The position numbers were made by a program, and so were the translations under genes. The notes beneath the pieces are model-generated. The model searched no databases and was not told where the DNA came from. It saw nothing but the letters and a program-made list of their open reading frames with translations. A stretch of DNA of 24,000 nucleotides from NCBI RefSeq assembly GCF_018336915.1, contig NZ_CP064923.1, forward strand, positions 3,701,398-3,725,397, given 5' to 3'. The DNA is from Acaryochloris marina S15. Its GTDB lineage: Bacteria; Cyanobacteriota; Cyanobacteriia; Thermosynechococcales; Thermosynechococcaceae. Positions 1 to 8,168 of this stretch are shown here, piece after piece (the first letter of the stretch is position 1; every line of letters begins with the position of its first letter).

Positions 1-230
1 TGTTTTAAGCATGATTCTAGATAGTAGAGTTCAATCCAATCAGAAATATATATTTTGTCTCACCCATTTGGTAGGCTGCTGACCAACATCAAGCAAAATA
101 GTTTGGCTAAGCATTTCAACTATTGCCGTCTACTTAAACCCTTATAGATTTGAACCTGATGAATTCGCACTTATCAAATAATGGCACGTTTATTTACGCC
201 ATATGTAATTGATCCACAAGTAGCCATGTA

Positions 231-428
231 TTATTGACCAAATTCCAGACGGGCTAGCTCGACCAATTCTACCGTTACAACATCCAAGTTTGATTCCCGA
301 GCAATCGCTTCAATCTTTTGTCTTGCTTGGGATCTGGCAAAAAAAGGAATGTTTTTGAGTTTTGCTTCTGCAGTTGAAGTCCATTGGAGTAGATCAGTCA
401 AGTCAGACTCGCGCATTGTCTCCGGCAC
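231..428 (-). CDS. Small PCP-reductase family protein (resembles the C-terminal domain of protochlorophyllide reductase subunit B)
   Basis: The 65-aa ORF contains [30 protein letters not shown], which is typical of the stand-alone PCP_red domain proteins of cyanobacteria. It lies downstream of psbC on the same strand, beyond a terminator hairpin. Confidence 0.6.
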   Translation of the reverse strand: MPETMRESDLTDLLQWTSTAEAKLKNIPFFARSQARQKIEAIARESNLDVVTVELVELARLEFGQ

Positions 429-525
429 CTCTTGGGAGAATTCTTAATTCTATTTTAAATCCTAAACAACTTTAGATGTTGACCTAGCCTGTTTATCTAT
501 TTTGGTTATAAACAAAAATACCCAT

Positions 526-560
526 GAGAAAGCCCCTACCTTAACAGTAGAGGCTTTCTC
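526..560 (-). terminator. Rho-independent terminator candidate for psbDC
   Basis: On the minus strand, GAGAAAGCCTCTAC / GTAGGGGCTTTCTC forms a 14-bp stem (one G-U pair) with the 7-nt loop TGTTAAG. It is followed by ATGGGTATTTTTGTTT. The hairpin begins 42 nt after the psbC stop. Confidence 0.55.
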
Positions 561-601
561 GCTGATACACTCAGCTAGTCATCAAAATTACCAAAGGTAA
601 C

Positions 602-1996
602 TTAGTCAACCGCTGTAGCGTCGATATCAGGAAGAGATAGTGCGTATTCGGTCTTCCGCTCGATTCCCTTCTCGAAACCAGCAGCAGCAGCCCGGGCGCG
701 GCCGGAGTGCCAAATATGGCCAACGAAGAAGAAGAAAGCTAGGCAGAAGTGTGAAGTGGATAACCAAGAACGGGGAGAAACATAGTTCACCGAGTTAATC
801 TCAGTTGCCACACCACCCACAGAGTTCAATGCACCCAAAGGAGCATGAGTCATGTACTCAGCTGCACGGCGAGCTTGCCAAGGCTGAATATCATTTCTGA
901 GCTTGTTGAGATCCAAACCGTTGGGTCCACGAAGGGGCTCCAACCAAGGTCCGCGGAAATCCCAGAAACGCATGGTCTCACCACCGAAGATGATCTCACC
1001 AGAAGGAGAACGCATCAGATACTTACCAAGACCCGTAGGACCTTGAGCAGAAGCGATGTTAGCCCCCAACCGTTGGTCACGAATCAAAAAGGTCATTGCC
1101 TGAGCCTGAGAAGCTTCAGCAGCAGTAGGACCGTAGAATTCACTGGGGTAAACAGTATTGTTAAACCAGATGTAACCCACAGCAATCATTCCGCACATGT
1201 AAAGGGCGCCGATGCTGTAAGAAAGATAGGCTTCACCAGACCAAACATAGGCCCGACGAACCCAACCCCAAGGCTTAACAAGAATGTGGAAAACGCCACC
1301 GAAGATATAGTGAACACCGACGAGAAGGTGACCACCGACAACATCTTCTAGATTGTTAACGCTAACAATCCAACCACCTTCTCCCCAAGGAGAACGAGTA
1401 ATGTAACCCAGGAAAGTACCTAAGTTCCAAGTTGGGTTGGTAATCAGACGGACATTACCACCACCAGGTGCCCAGGGGTCATAAAGGCCACCAAAAAACA
1501 TGGCTTTAGCAGCAAAGAGAAGTGCACCAATTCCGAGGAAAATCAAATGAATTCCTAGGATTTGCATCATTTTCTCTTTATCTTCCCAGTCATATCCCCA
1601 GTAATCAGAGAAATCCTCAAACTTAGCAGGGCTTCTGAAGGTGTGATAAAGGCCACCGAAACCAAGGACTGCAGAAGCAATTAGATGAAGAGCACCAATC
1701 ACAAAGTAGGGATAGGTACTGATAACTTCGCCACCAGCGCCTACACCAAAACCTTCAGCAGCTAAGTGAGCAAGCAAGATGCTGCCTTGCTCATACATTG
1801 GCTTTTCAGGGATGAAGTGAGAGACTTCAAACAAAGTCATCGCACCGGCCCAGAAGGTGATCATGCCGCAATGGGCGATGTGGGCACCAGTTAACTGACC
1901 AGACAAGTTAGTTAATCGGGCATTTCCAGCCCACCAGCCATAGCCAGTGGTTGCGCGGTCATAACCAGCCGCAGATGGATTAAAGGGCGTTTCCAC
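602..1996 (-). CDS. psbC: Photosystem II CP43 reaction-centre protein
   Basis: The translation has the full-length CP43 hallmarks: [18 protein letters not shown], the large lumenal loop E with GGETMRFWD (the Mn-cluster Glu and Arg), and C-terminal [20 protein letters not shown]. The loop E means this is CP43 and not a Pcb/IsiA paralogue. I set the start at the GTG at 1996-1994, giving N-terminus VETPFNP. This follows the accepted GTG start of psbC in other oxyphototrophs. The ORF-track start (2074) and the in-frame ATG (2032) both lie inside psbD. Confidence 0.93.
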   Translation of the reverse strand: METPFNPSAAGYDRATTGYGWWAGNARLTNLSGQLTGAHIAHCGMITFWAGAMTLFEVSHFIPEKPMYEQGSILLAHLAAEGFGVGAGGEVISTYPYFVIGALHLIASAVLGFGGLYHTFRSPAKFEDFSDYWGYDWEDKEKMMQILGIHLIFLGIGALLFAAKAMFFGGLYDPWAPGGGNVRLITNPTWNLGTFLGYITRSPWGEGGWIVSVNNLEDVVGGHLLVGVHYIFGGVFHILVKPWGWVRRAYVWSGEAYLSYSIGALYMCGMIAVGYIWFNNTVYPSEFYGPTAAEASQAQAMTFLIRDQRLGANIASAQGPTGLGKYLMRSPSGEIIFGGETMRFWDFRGPWLEPLRGPNGLDLNKLRNDIQPWQARRAAEYMTHAPLGALNSVGGVATEINSVNYVSPRSWLSTSHFCLAFFFFVGHIWHSGRARAAAAGFEKGIERKTEYALSLPDIDATAVD

Positions 1997-3035
1997 GTGG
2001 TAGGACCTCCTCAGGGAAGATGAAGTTTTCATGGATTTGGTCTTGGGGTGCCATCCAAGCACGAAGACCTTCATTCAAGAGAATGTTCTTGGTGTAGAAG
2101 GTTTCGAACTCAGGGTCTTCAGCAGCCCGGATTTCCTGGCTAACGAAGTCATAAGCACGCATGTTGAGAGCGATACCGACGAGGCCAATGGCAGATGCCC
2201 ATAGACCAGTTACAGGTACGAACAACATGAAGAAGTGCAACCAACGCTTGTTGGAAAAGGCAATCCCGAAAATCTGAGACCAGAATCGGTTTGCAGTGAC
2301 CATGGAGTAGGTCTCTTCTGCTTGGGTTGGAGAGAACGCTGCAAATGTATTGGCGTCTTGACCGTCTTCAAACAAAGTGTTTTCAACAGTGGCTCCGTGA
2401 ATGGCGCACAACAGCGCACCACCCAAAATACCTGCAACACCCATCATATGGAAGGGGTTCAGGGTTAAGTTGTGGAAACCTTGAGCAAATAACAAGAATC
2501 GGAAGATACTCGTTACACCCCAGCTAGGTGCAAAGAACCAGCTGGATTGGCCCAGAGGATACATCAAAAAGACAGATACATACACGGCAATAGGACCGCT
2601 GAAAGCAACTGCGTTATAAGGACGCACGCCGATCAGACGGGCTACTTCGAATTGACGCAGCATGAAGCCGATCAAACCGAAGACACCATGTAATGTGGTG
2701 AAGTTCCACAATCCACCCAGCTGACACCAGCGGGTGAAGTCACCTTGAGCTTCGGGGCCCCACAACAAAAGTAGGGAGTGGCCGAGGCTGTCGGCGGGTG
2801 TGGATACAGCTACGGTCAAGAAGTTAGCACCTTCTAGGTAGGAGCTAGCAAGACCGTGGGTGAACCAGGAAGTTACGAAAGTTGTGCCGGTAAACCATCC
2901 CCCAACGGATAGAAACGCACAGGGGAAAAGTAGAATACCTGACCAACCAATAAAGACGAACCGATCACGCTTCAGCCAGTCGTCGAGGACGTCAAACCAT
3001 CCTCGCTCCTGGGCGCGTCCGACTGCTATGGTCAT
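1980..3035 (-). CDS. psbD: Photosystem II D2 reaction-centre protein
   Basis: The 351-aa translation is colinear with canonical D2 from MTIAVGRA to [10 protein letters not shown]. It includes [33 protein letters not shown] and [20 protein letters not shown]. It overlaps the psbC start by 17 nt, which is the classic psbDC arrangement. Confidence 0.97.
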   Translation of the reverse strand: MTIAVGRAQERGWFDVLDDWLKRDRFVFIGWSGILLFPCAFLSVGGWFTGTTFVTSWFTHGLASSYLEGANFLTVAVSTPADSLGHSLLLLWGPEAQGDFTRWCQLGGLWNFTTLHGVFGLIGFMLRQFEVARLIGVRPYNAVAFSGPIAVYVSVFLMYPLGQSSWFFAPSWGVTSIFRFLLFAQGFHNLTLNPFHMMGVAGILGGALLCAIHGATVENTLFEDGQDANTFAAFSPTQAEETYSMVTANRFWSQIFGIAFSNKRWLHFFMLFVPVTGLWASAIGLVGIALNMRAYDFVSQEIRAAEDPEFETFYTKNILLNEGLRAWMAPQDQIHENFIFPEEVLPRGNAL

Positions 3036-3635
3036 GGAAATAAACCCTCTTGATCTAACTTAAAAATTGCAAGGCCGCAAAATTTTCTTTCGAACCTTGT
3101 GAGGTTTCTCAGAAACCGGACTAAGGAATCGAGAGTTTGAGTTCTGGGAATTAATAGTGTAAATCGCCCTAGAACCTCAACCTACACCTCTTCATAACCA
3201 AATGTTATAGAGATCATTCAATAAATGTAACAGAGATTTGCCAGAAATTGTAGCGGCTACAAAGGTACTTCCACAGAGGTTTAGCCAACTTAGAAGTGAG
3301 GTTGAGTACAAAACTTTACCCACCTCAACCATCGATTTTTTGGGGGTTGGCTCACAAAATGGCTGTCTATTAACTAGGCCTTAAGAGAAGTAAAGTTATA
3401 TGGAACTCTCGAAATAAAACTTCATATAGAAAGCCTACAACTTTATTAATCTCATCAAATTTCATAGATAACGCTAGTAGTGTCTGGATATGACAGTAAA
3501 CGTTTTAGCCCCTTGGGAGCCTATTTCTATGTTCTTAGCGGTCCACTACAGCCTCATCAATTGTTGAGCTGAGCAGCTTATACTCATATATCAGTGCTCA
3601 TCATTAGTTTAGGAATCACAAGAACTCATCCGATC

Positions 3636-4199
3636 ATGACCACACAGAAACTATTAGATAAGCAAACTTTGCGTTACGAAGTTCTTGGGACTCGCCGGTT
3701 TAGTAACTACATGATCGCGACAATGGTTTCCATTGGAGGGGTTGGTTTCTTCTTAGCTGGTCTTTCTAGTTATTTCAAAGTCGATCTGCTACCAACAGGT
3801 AATGCTGTTGATCTCATTTTTATTCCTCAAGGCATCGCTCTTTCTTTCTACGGCACTTGTGGTTTACTACTAGCAACCTACTTATGGCTAACCATAAGCT
3901 GGAATGTCGGGGCCGGCTTTAATGAATTCAGTCAAGATGCCGGGAAATTTCGACTATTTCGTTGGGGGCGCCCAGGCAAGAACCGAAAAGTTGAGCAAAC
4001 TTACCCCTTAGAGAATATCCAATCTGTCCAGATCAAAATCCGTGACGGACTTAATCCCCAACGGACTATCTATCTGAGAATCAAGGGTCGTAATGATATT
4101 CCTCTCACCCGGGCGGGGCAACCCATGGCTCTGGACAAAATTGAGAATCAAGCAGCTGAGATTGCTCGTTTCTTGGGCGTTCCTATGGAAGGTTTGTAA
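3636..4199 (+). CDS. ycf4: Photosystem I assembly protein Ycf4
   Basis: An ATG at 3636 gives 187 aa, the typical Ycf4 length. The protein has two N-terminal TM helices (RRFSNYMIATMVSIGGVGFFLAG, FIPQGIALSFYGTCGLLL) and the conserved WNVGAGFNEF...IYLRIKG core. The ORF-track GTG at 3594 would only add 14 non-conserved residues. Confidence 0.88.
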   Translation: MTTQKLLDKQTLRYEVLGTRRFSNYMIATMVSIGGVGFFLAGLSSYFKVDLLPTGNAVDLIFIPQGIALSFYGTCGLLLATYLWLTISWNVGAGFNEFSQDAGKFRLFRWGRPGKNRKVEQTYPLENIQSVQIKIRDGLNPQRTIYLRIKGRNDIPLTRAGQPMALDKIENQAAEIARFLGVPMEGL

Positions 4200-4228
4200 A
4201 CCCCAAAAATTTAGTTTATTGATTCCTT

Positions 4229-5032
4229 ATGCTTCACTCAACAAAATCTATCGGCTTATTCAGGTCATTTTGGGTGATGGTGCTCGTGTTCTTATTGATG
4301 GCATGTAGTGCTCCTTCCAATTCCTCAAGTACATCAGATACTGGGGGAGCATCACCATCTGCTTCTCCGGCATCTGAGAGCACTCAAGATGGCAATGAAA
4401 CGACTTCAGTTCCAGGTTCAGAATCAACATCTCCCTTGGCTCAACTACCGCAACTGCAAGGGGACGCCACAGTAGTACTGCAAGTCAATGGAAAAACAAT
4501 CACTCTGGCAATTAATGGTAAAGATGCTCCCATTACAGCAGGAAACTTTATCGATTTAGTTGATCAAAAAGTGTACGACGGTACCGCGTTTCATCGGGTT
4601 GTTCGGACCCCCTCTCCCTTTGTCGTCCAAGGAGGAGATCCACAAAGTAAGGATCCTAATTTCCCTGTACAACAGCTGGGGACTGGAAGCTACATTGATC
4701 CTGAAACAAAGCAAGCCAGATACCTGCCCTTAGAAATTCTGCCCGAAGGGGCTGAGCAAGCCATTTACAGTAAAACTTTTAAATCTGCAGGAGAAAGCAA
4801 GCCCCCGAAACTGCGACACACTCGGGGTGCAGTCGCTATGGCCCGATCTCAATTGCCTGATTCAGCTTCTGCCCAGTTCTACTTTGCCCTTGACGATGTC
4901 GATTTCCTAGATGGAAACTATGCGGTCTTTGGGTCTGTAACGGAGGGGATGGAAGTTGTAGATCAGATCCAACAGGGTGATCGTATTGAATCTGCAAAAG
5001 TTACTGCAGGCATAGAGAATCTCAAGCGATAA
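4229..5032 (+). CDS. Cyclophilin-type peptidyl-prolyl cis-trans isomerase, predicted lipoprotein
   Basis: The cyclophilin core motifs are present: NFIDLVDQKVYDGTAFHRVV, FVVQGGDP, GAVAMAR, SASAQFYF, GNYAVFGSVTEGMEVVD. The N-terminus has a signal peptide ending in the lipobox-like LLMAC. This is followed by a Ser/Thr-rich low-complexity linker. Confidence 0.88.
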   Translation: MLHSTKSIGLFRSFWVMVLVFLLMACSAPSNSSSTSDTGGASPSASPASESTQDGNETTSVPGSESTSPLAQLPQLQGDATVVLQVNGKTITLAINGKDAPITAGNFIDLVDQKVYDGTAFHRVVRTPSPFVVQGGDPQSKDPNFPVQQLGTGSYIDPETKQARYLPLEILPEGAEQAIYSKTFKSAGESKPPKLRHTRGAVAMARSQLPDSASAQFYFALDDVDFLDGNYAVFGSVTEGMEVVDQIQQGDRIESAKVTAGIENLKR

Positions 5033-5050
5033 TTTGATGATTGTGGCTCT

Positions 5051-5530
5051 ATGGCCATAATGGACTTCCAAATTCGATTAGCAAACTTTAGTGATAAGCA
5101 TATATTGCTAAGTTTGCTGATTGCTTTCCATAAACACTTGCAGATGCCAATAGTAAGCCAAGGCAGACTGCATGCTGCATTAGAAAGGTTGATGGAAGAT
5201 CCGATGTGTGATTTCACCCTGGCAGTGACCGCACATGAGTCAGGTTTGGCATATACACAAATTCGCTATTTTTACTCTTTATGGTCTCTGGGTTTAGAAG
5301 CCAAACTAGAAGATTTATACGTTGTCCCTGAAGCACAGGGACAAGGACTAGGGTCTCAGTTATTAACCTTCTCAATTGAGCAGGCCCGACAACGACAATG
5401 TCGACTAATTGGTTTGAATACAAATGAAGGCAATATAGCCGCGAAATCTCTCTATATCCAGAATGGATTTAGCTGCCAACCCTCACGATGGCAAAGTGGA
5501 CAACAACTTTGGTTTGAGAAAATTTTGTAG
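5051..5530 (+). CDS. GNAT family N-acetyltransferase
   Basis: The 159-aa ORF has an acetyl-CoA binding motif A-like segment, LYVVPEAQGQGLGSQLL, and the downstream NxxAxxLYxxxGF motif (NIAAKSLYIQNGF). Its stop lies 6 nt before the KAS start. Confidence 0.75.
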   Translation: MAIMDFQIRLANFSDKHILLSLLIAFHKHLQMPIVSQGRLHAALERLMEDPMCDFTLAVTAHESGLAYTQIRYFYSLWSLGLEAKLEDLYVVPEAQGQGLGSQLLTFSIEQARQRQCRLIGLNTNEGNIAAKSLYIQNGFSCQPSRWQSGQQLWFEKIL

Positions 5531-5536
5531 TCTTAC

Positions 5537-6700
5537 ATGATGGCCAAGATTGTTGTTACTGGAATGGGGTTAGTCTCAGCCCTAGCACCTAGTCTAGGCA
5601 AGACCTGGTATAGACTAATTTGTGGTGAGTCAGGGATCCAGAAGTGCCATCCTTTTCCAGATATTCCTGCTCAACCATTAGCATTGGTTGAGTCTCGGCC
5701 TAGTTATCTTGAGGACTTATTAAAACCTGCTTTATCTGAAGCGTTAGACGATGCAGGTCTAGCGCCACCCATGAGGGATTGTGGCGTAGCGATTGGGTCT
5801 AGTCGTGGTTTTCAATCTCAGTGGGAGGAGGGAGCATCTGCTTATCACGCCTCTAATCCCTCTCATGGTGAAGAGAGGTCACTTTTAGCCACCCCAGAGT
5901 GTCTTGCCCGCATTTATGGTGTGTCTCCTGCCTCTATTGTTGCCCAGTCTATTGCAGCCCAAGGCCCTGTTCTGGCCCCCCGTGCTGCTTGTGCCACCGG
6001 AATTTGGGCAATTGCTCAAGGGGCCGATCTTATTCGAGCAGGTTATTGTTCACGAGTGATTGTAGGTGCTGTTGAAGCCCCCATCACACCGTTGACCCTC
6101 GCAGGGTTCAATAAAATGGGCGCTATGGCTCAATCAGGTGCCTACCCCTTCGATCAGAATCGAGAAGGGTTTGTTTTAGGAGAAGGGGCTGCGATTTTAG
6201 TTTTAGAAGAAGCGTCTAGCGCTCAAAAACGACAGGCCAGAATATACGGTCAAATCTTGGGGGTAGGATTAACCGTTGATGCCCACCATATGACTGCGCC
6301 TGAGACCAGTAGACAGGCCGCTATAACCGCTATTCAGGATTGCCTGCAACGCAGTGGCTTAAAGACATCTGACATTGGCTATATCCATGCCCACGGCACG
6401 GCAACTCACTTAAATGATCAGGCAGAAGCTGCAGTGATTAAAGCACTATTTCCATCTTCAGTTGCTGTTAGTTCTACAAAAGGGGCTACAGGACATACAT
6501 TAGGTGCATCAGCAGCATTTGGATGCATATTCAGTCTGATGGCTCTTTCTCATAAAGTGCTTCCGCCTTGTGTCGGGTTGAAAGAACCAGCATTTGACCT
6601 GAATTTTGTCTGTGAATCCCATCGTCATAATATGCAGTTCGCTTTATGTTTAAGCTCTGGTTTCGGTGGACAAAACACGGTCTTAGCTTTATCTTCATGA
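5537..6700 (+). CDS. Beta-ketoacyl-ACP synthase, divergent FabF/KAS II-like
   Basis: The thiolase-fold KS motifs are present: the active-site Cys in AACATGIWAI, two catalytic His residues in VDAHHMTAP and YIHAHGTAT, STKGATGHTLGASA, and C-terminal SSGFGGQNTVLAL. At 387 aa it is shorter than typical FabF, with a divergent N-terminal third. Confidence 0.85.
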   Translation: MMAKIVVTGMGLVSALAPSLGKTWYRLICGESGIQKCHPFPDIPAQPLALVESRPSYLEDLLKPALSEALDDAGLAPPMRDCGVAIGSSRGFQSQWEEGASAYHASNPSHGEERSLLATPECLARIYGVSPASIVAQSIAAQGPVLAPRAACATGIWAIAQGADLIRAGYCSRVIVGAVEAPITPLTLAGFNKMGAMAQSGAYPFDQNREGFVLGEGAAILVLEEASSAQKRQARIYGQILGVGLTVDAHHMTAPETSRQAAITAIQDCLQRSGLKTSDIGYIHAHGTATHLNDQAEAAVIKALFPSSVAVSSTKGATGHTLGASAAFGCIFSLMALSHKVLPPCVGLKEPAFDLNFVCESHRHNMQFALCLSSGFGGQNTVLALSS

Positions 6701-6943
6701 GCATTAGTATTAAAGGCTACATTACGGGGAATGGGTTGAGTTTTTTGCGGGGTCTCTCTATTCGGAATGAGGAAGAGTGATTGAAAATGATGGATCTCTT
6801 GGGCGATGAATTGGGCACACTGGATGCAAGCTATTTAACGGAGTTACGAGAAGTTTGTAGTTTACGATTACTTTCTGCCCAAACTAAAACTTGCTAAGCT
6901 TCTTGTACTCTTTGCAGTAAATCTTGATTGTTTCTAAAAAGAT

Positions 6944-7981
6944 ATGTTTGAGGAAGTCAGTTCAAACCCTACCGTAGGCATCGATGAATCCCAACAATCA
7001 TCCGCATTGCCTAAGTCTCACGCCAGTATGGGGGCTGACGAGTTAATGGATGAGTTATTCCAAGATCTAGAAATGGGTCTGGATGATTCAAGCTTTGCCT
7101 TAGCAACGACCGGAGATGAGCATGTAGGACATGCGTTGCTAGAGACTAATGATCCTGGGGACGATTTATTAGTACCCTACACACCTTTAGATTCAACCTT
7201 AGCTCTGAGAGAGGATCTAGAGGCTTCCCTCAGTCTTAATTTAGCCTCCTCACAAGCATCTGCCAAACACCAGCTAACTGGAAAGCGACTACTGATGACA
7301 TCAGCATGTGTCTCCCTCGTGGGTATCAGTATGTTTTGGGTTGGACGACAATTGCGGTTACAGCATGCCCCTGTTGTGGCTGCCCCTCAACTACCAGCCA
7401 TCGCACTCCCACAGGTGCCATCATCAGAAACGGTGGCATTTGCCGACTATGTCAGCCAGTCCTTAGAGCGAATCAATCAAGAAACTAAAGCTGCAAAACT
7501 GGCTGCTGCCAAGGCTAGAACACAACCTAGAACGGTTGCAACTCCTCCAATTGGGGGGCTTCCTAGTTTGCCGAATGTGCCTAAGATCAGTGTTGCCAGT
7601 TCAACCACAGCTGCCATTCCCAATAATGTTGAGCGAGTGTACGTCCCAGTTACAGAAGCACCTGCTCCTGCAGCTGCGCCTAAACCTGCAAGTACACCGG
7701 TGATTGCTGCCGCTAAGGCCACGACCCAAGAGGATGAGTTACCGGTTGTTAAACCCTTACCCCTGACTCCACCCAGTAATGGTGAGCGGAAGTTCTTGGG
7801 AGGTACTAACTTGGGTGATCAGCCTGTATTTATGGTTTCGATCAATGGCTCTACCCGTCACATTAAGTTAGGGGAATCTATTGATGAAACAGGGGCAACT
7901 TTTGTGGAATTTGACGGCGAACAAAGTGTGCTGAAGCAGGGCAATCAATTGAGATCTGTCACAGCTGGGCAATCGTTTTAG
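6944..7981 (+). CDS. Hypothetical single-pass membrane protein (acidic N-terminus, one TM helix, Ala/Pro-rich linker, compact C-terminal domain)
   Basis: This is a 345-aa ORF. Its N-terminus is acidic (DELMDELFQDLEMGLDD). It has one hydrophobic helix (LLMTSACVSLVGISMFWVG), then a Pro/Ala-rich low-complexity stretch, then roughly 70 aa of non-repetitive C-terminal sequence. I do not recognise a family. Confidence 0.6.
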   Translation: MFEEVSSNPTVGIDESQQSSALPKSHASMGADELMDELFQDLEMGLDDSSFALATTGDEHVGHALLETNDPGDDLLVPYTPLDSTLALREDLEASLSLNLASSQASAKHQLTGKRLLMTSACVSLVGISMFWVGRQLRLQHAPVVAAPQLPAIALPQVPSSETVAFADYVSQSLERINQETKAAKLAAAKARTQPRTVATPPIGGLPSLPNVPKISVASSTTAAIPNNVERVYVPVTEAPAPAAAPKPASTPVIAAAKATTQEDELPVVKPLPLTPPSNGERKFLGGTNLGDQPVFMVSINGSTRHIKLGESIDETGATFVEFDGEQSVLKQGNQLRSVTAGQSF

Positions 7982-8168
7982 GAATCGGATTGAGTCCCTC
8001 CGTTGGGCTCAAGTCATACTTTGGAAGATGGGTTAGATCAGTGTTTGGACTATCTGCAATATCTAGGATGCCTGGGGATGTCCTAACATAGGAAACAGCT
8101 TGAAGCAGTAGACCTTCATGGCGAGGGACTGTGTCTTGCTTATTCCTAGATATTTTCAATCAACATTG

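Noticed and set aside
1-230. Possible truncated gene at the left edge
   Set aside because: My hand check covered the three minus-strand frames, and each contains stop codons within 1-230. I did not check the + strand frames systematically. I treat the region as AT-rich intergenic sequence.
845-1351. 168-aa ORF on the + strand inside psbC
   Set aside because: It is fully antisense to a strongly conserved CP43 coding region. The translation is low-complexity (Ser/Thr/Arg-rich) with no recognisable motif. It is an antisense shadow ORF.
1997-2074. N-terminal extension of psbC ([26 protein letters not shown]) including a chloroplast-like MKT..SLRR.YH string
   Set aside because: The extension lies inside the psbD coding tail. 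Its similarity to annotated chloroplast extensions is explained by conservation of the psbD frame. The GTG start is the accepted one.
2210-2527. Three 66-77-aa ORFs overlapping psbD on both strands
   Set aside because: They are alternative-frame or antisense artefacts within the D2 gene. They show no motifs or signals.
3306-3319. Perfect NtcA-type GTA-N8-TAC palindrome (GTACAAAACTTTAC)
   Set aside because: A six-specified-base motif is expected several times by chance in 24 kb. No properly spaced TAN3T -10 box follows on either strand: TAAACC at the right spacing, and TAAGTT only 13 nt away.
3300-3341. Hairpin GGTTGAG...CTCAACC followed by TTTTTT on the + strand upstream of psbD
   Set aside because: The stem is only 7 bp with a 17-nt loop. 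A 5-nt gap separates it from the T-run. No upstream + strand gene needs terminating here.
6787-6897. 36-codon sORF (MMDLLGDELGTLDASYLTELREVCSLRLLSAQTKTC) after the KAS gene, with a string faintly like ACP helix II
   Set aside because: It is far too short for an ACP. An in-frame TGA lies immediately upstream. It has no DSL phosphopantetheine motif and no ACP helix I or III. It might be a real small protein, since a GAGGAAGAG lies 9 nt upstream, but I cannot support that.
7477-7722. 81-aa Ala/Gly-rich ORF on the minus strand
   Set aside because: It is the mirror image of the Pro/Ala-rich linker of the 6944-7981 gene, so it is a compositional artefact.
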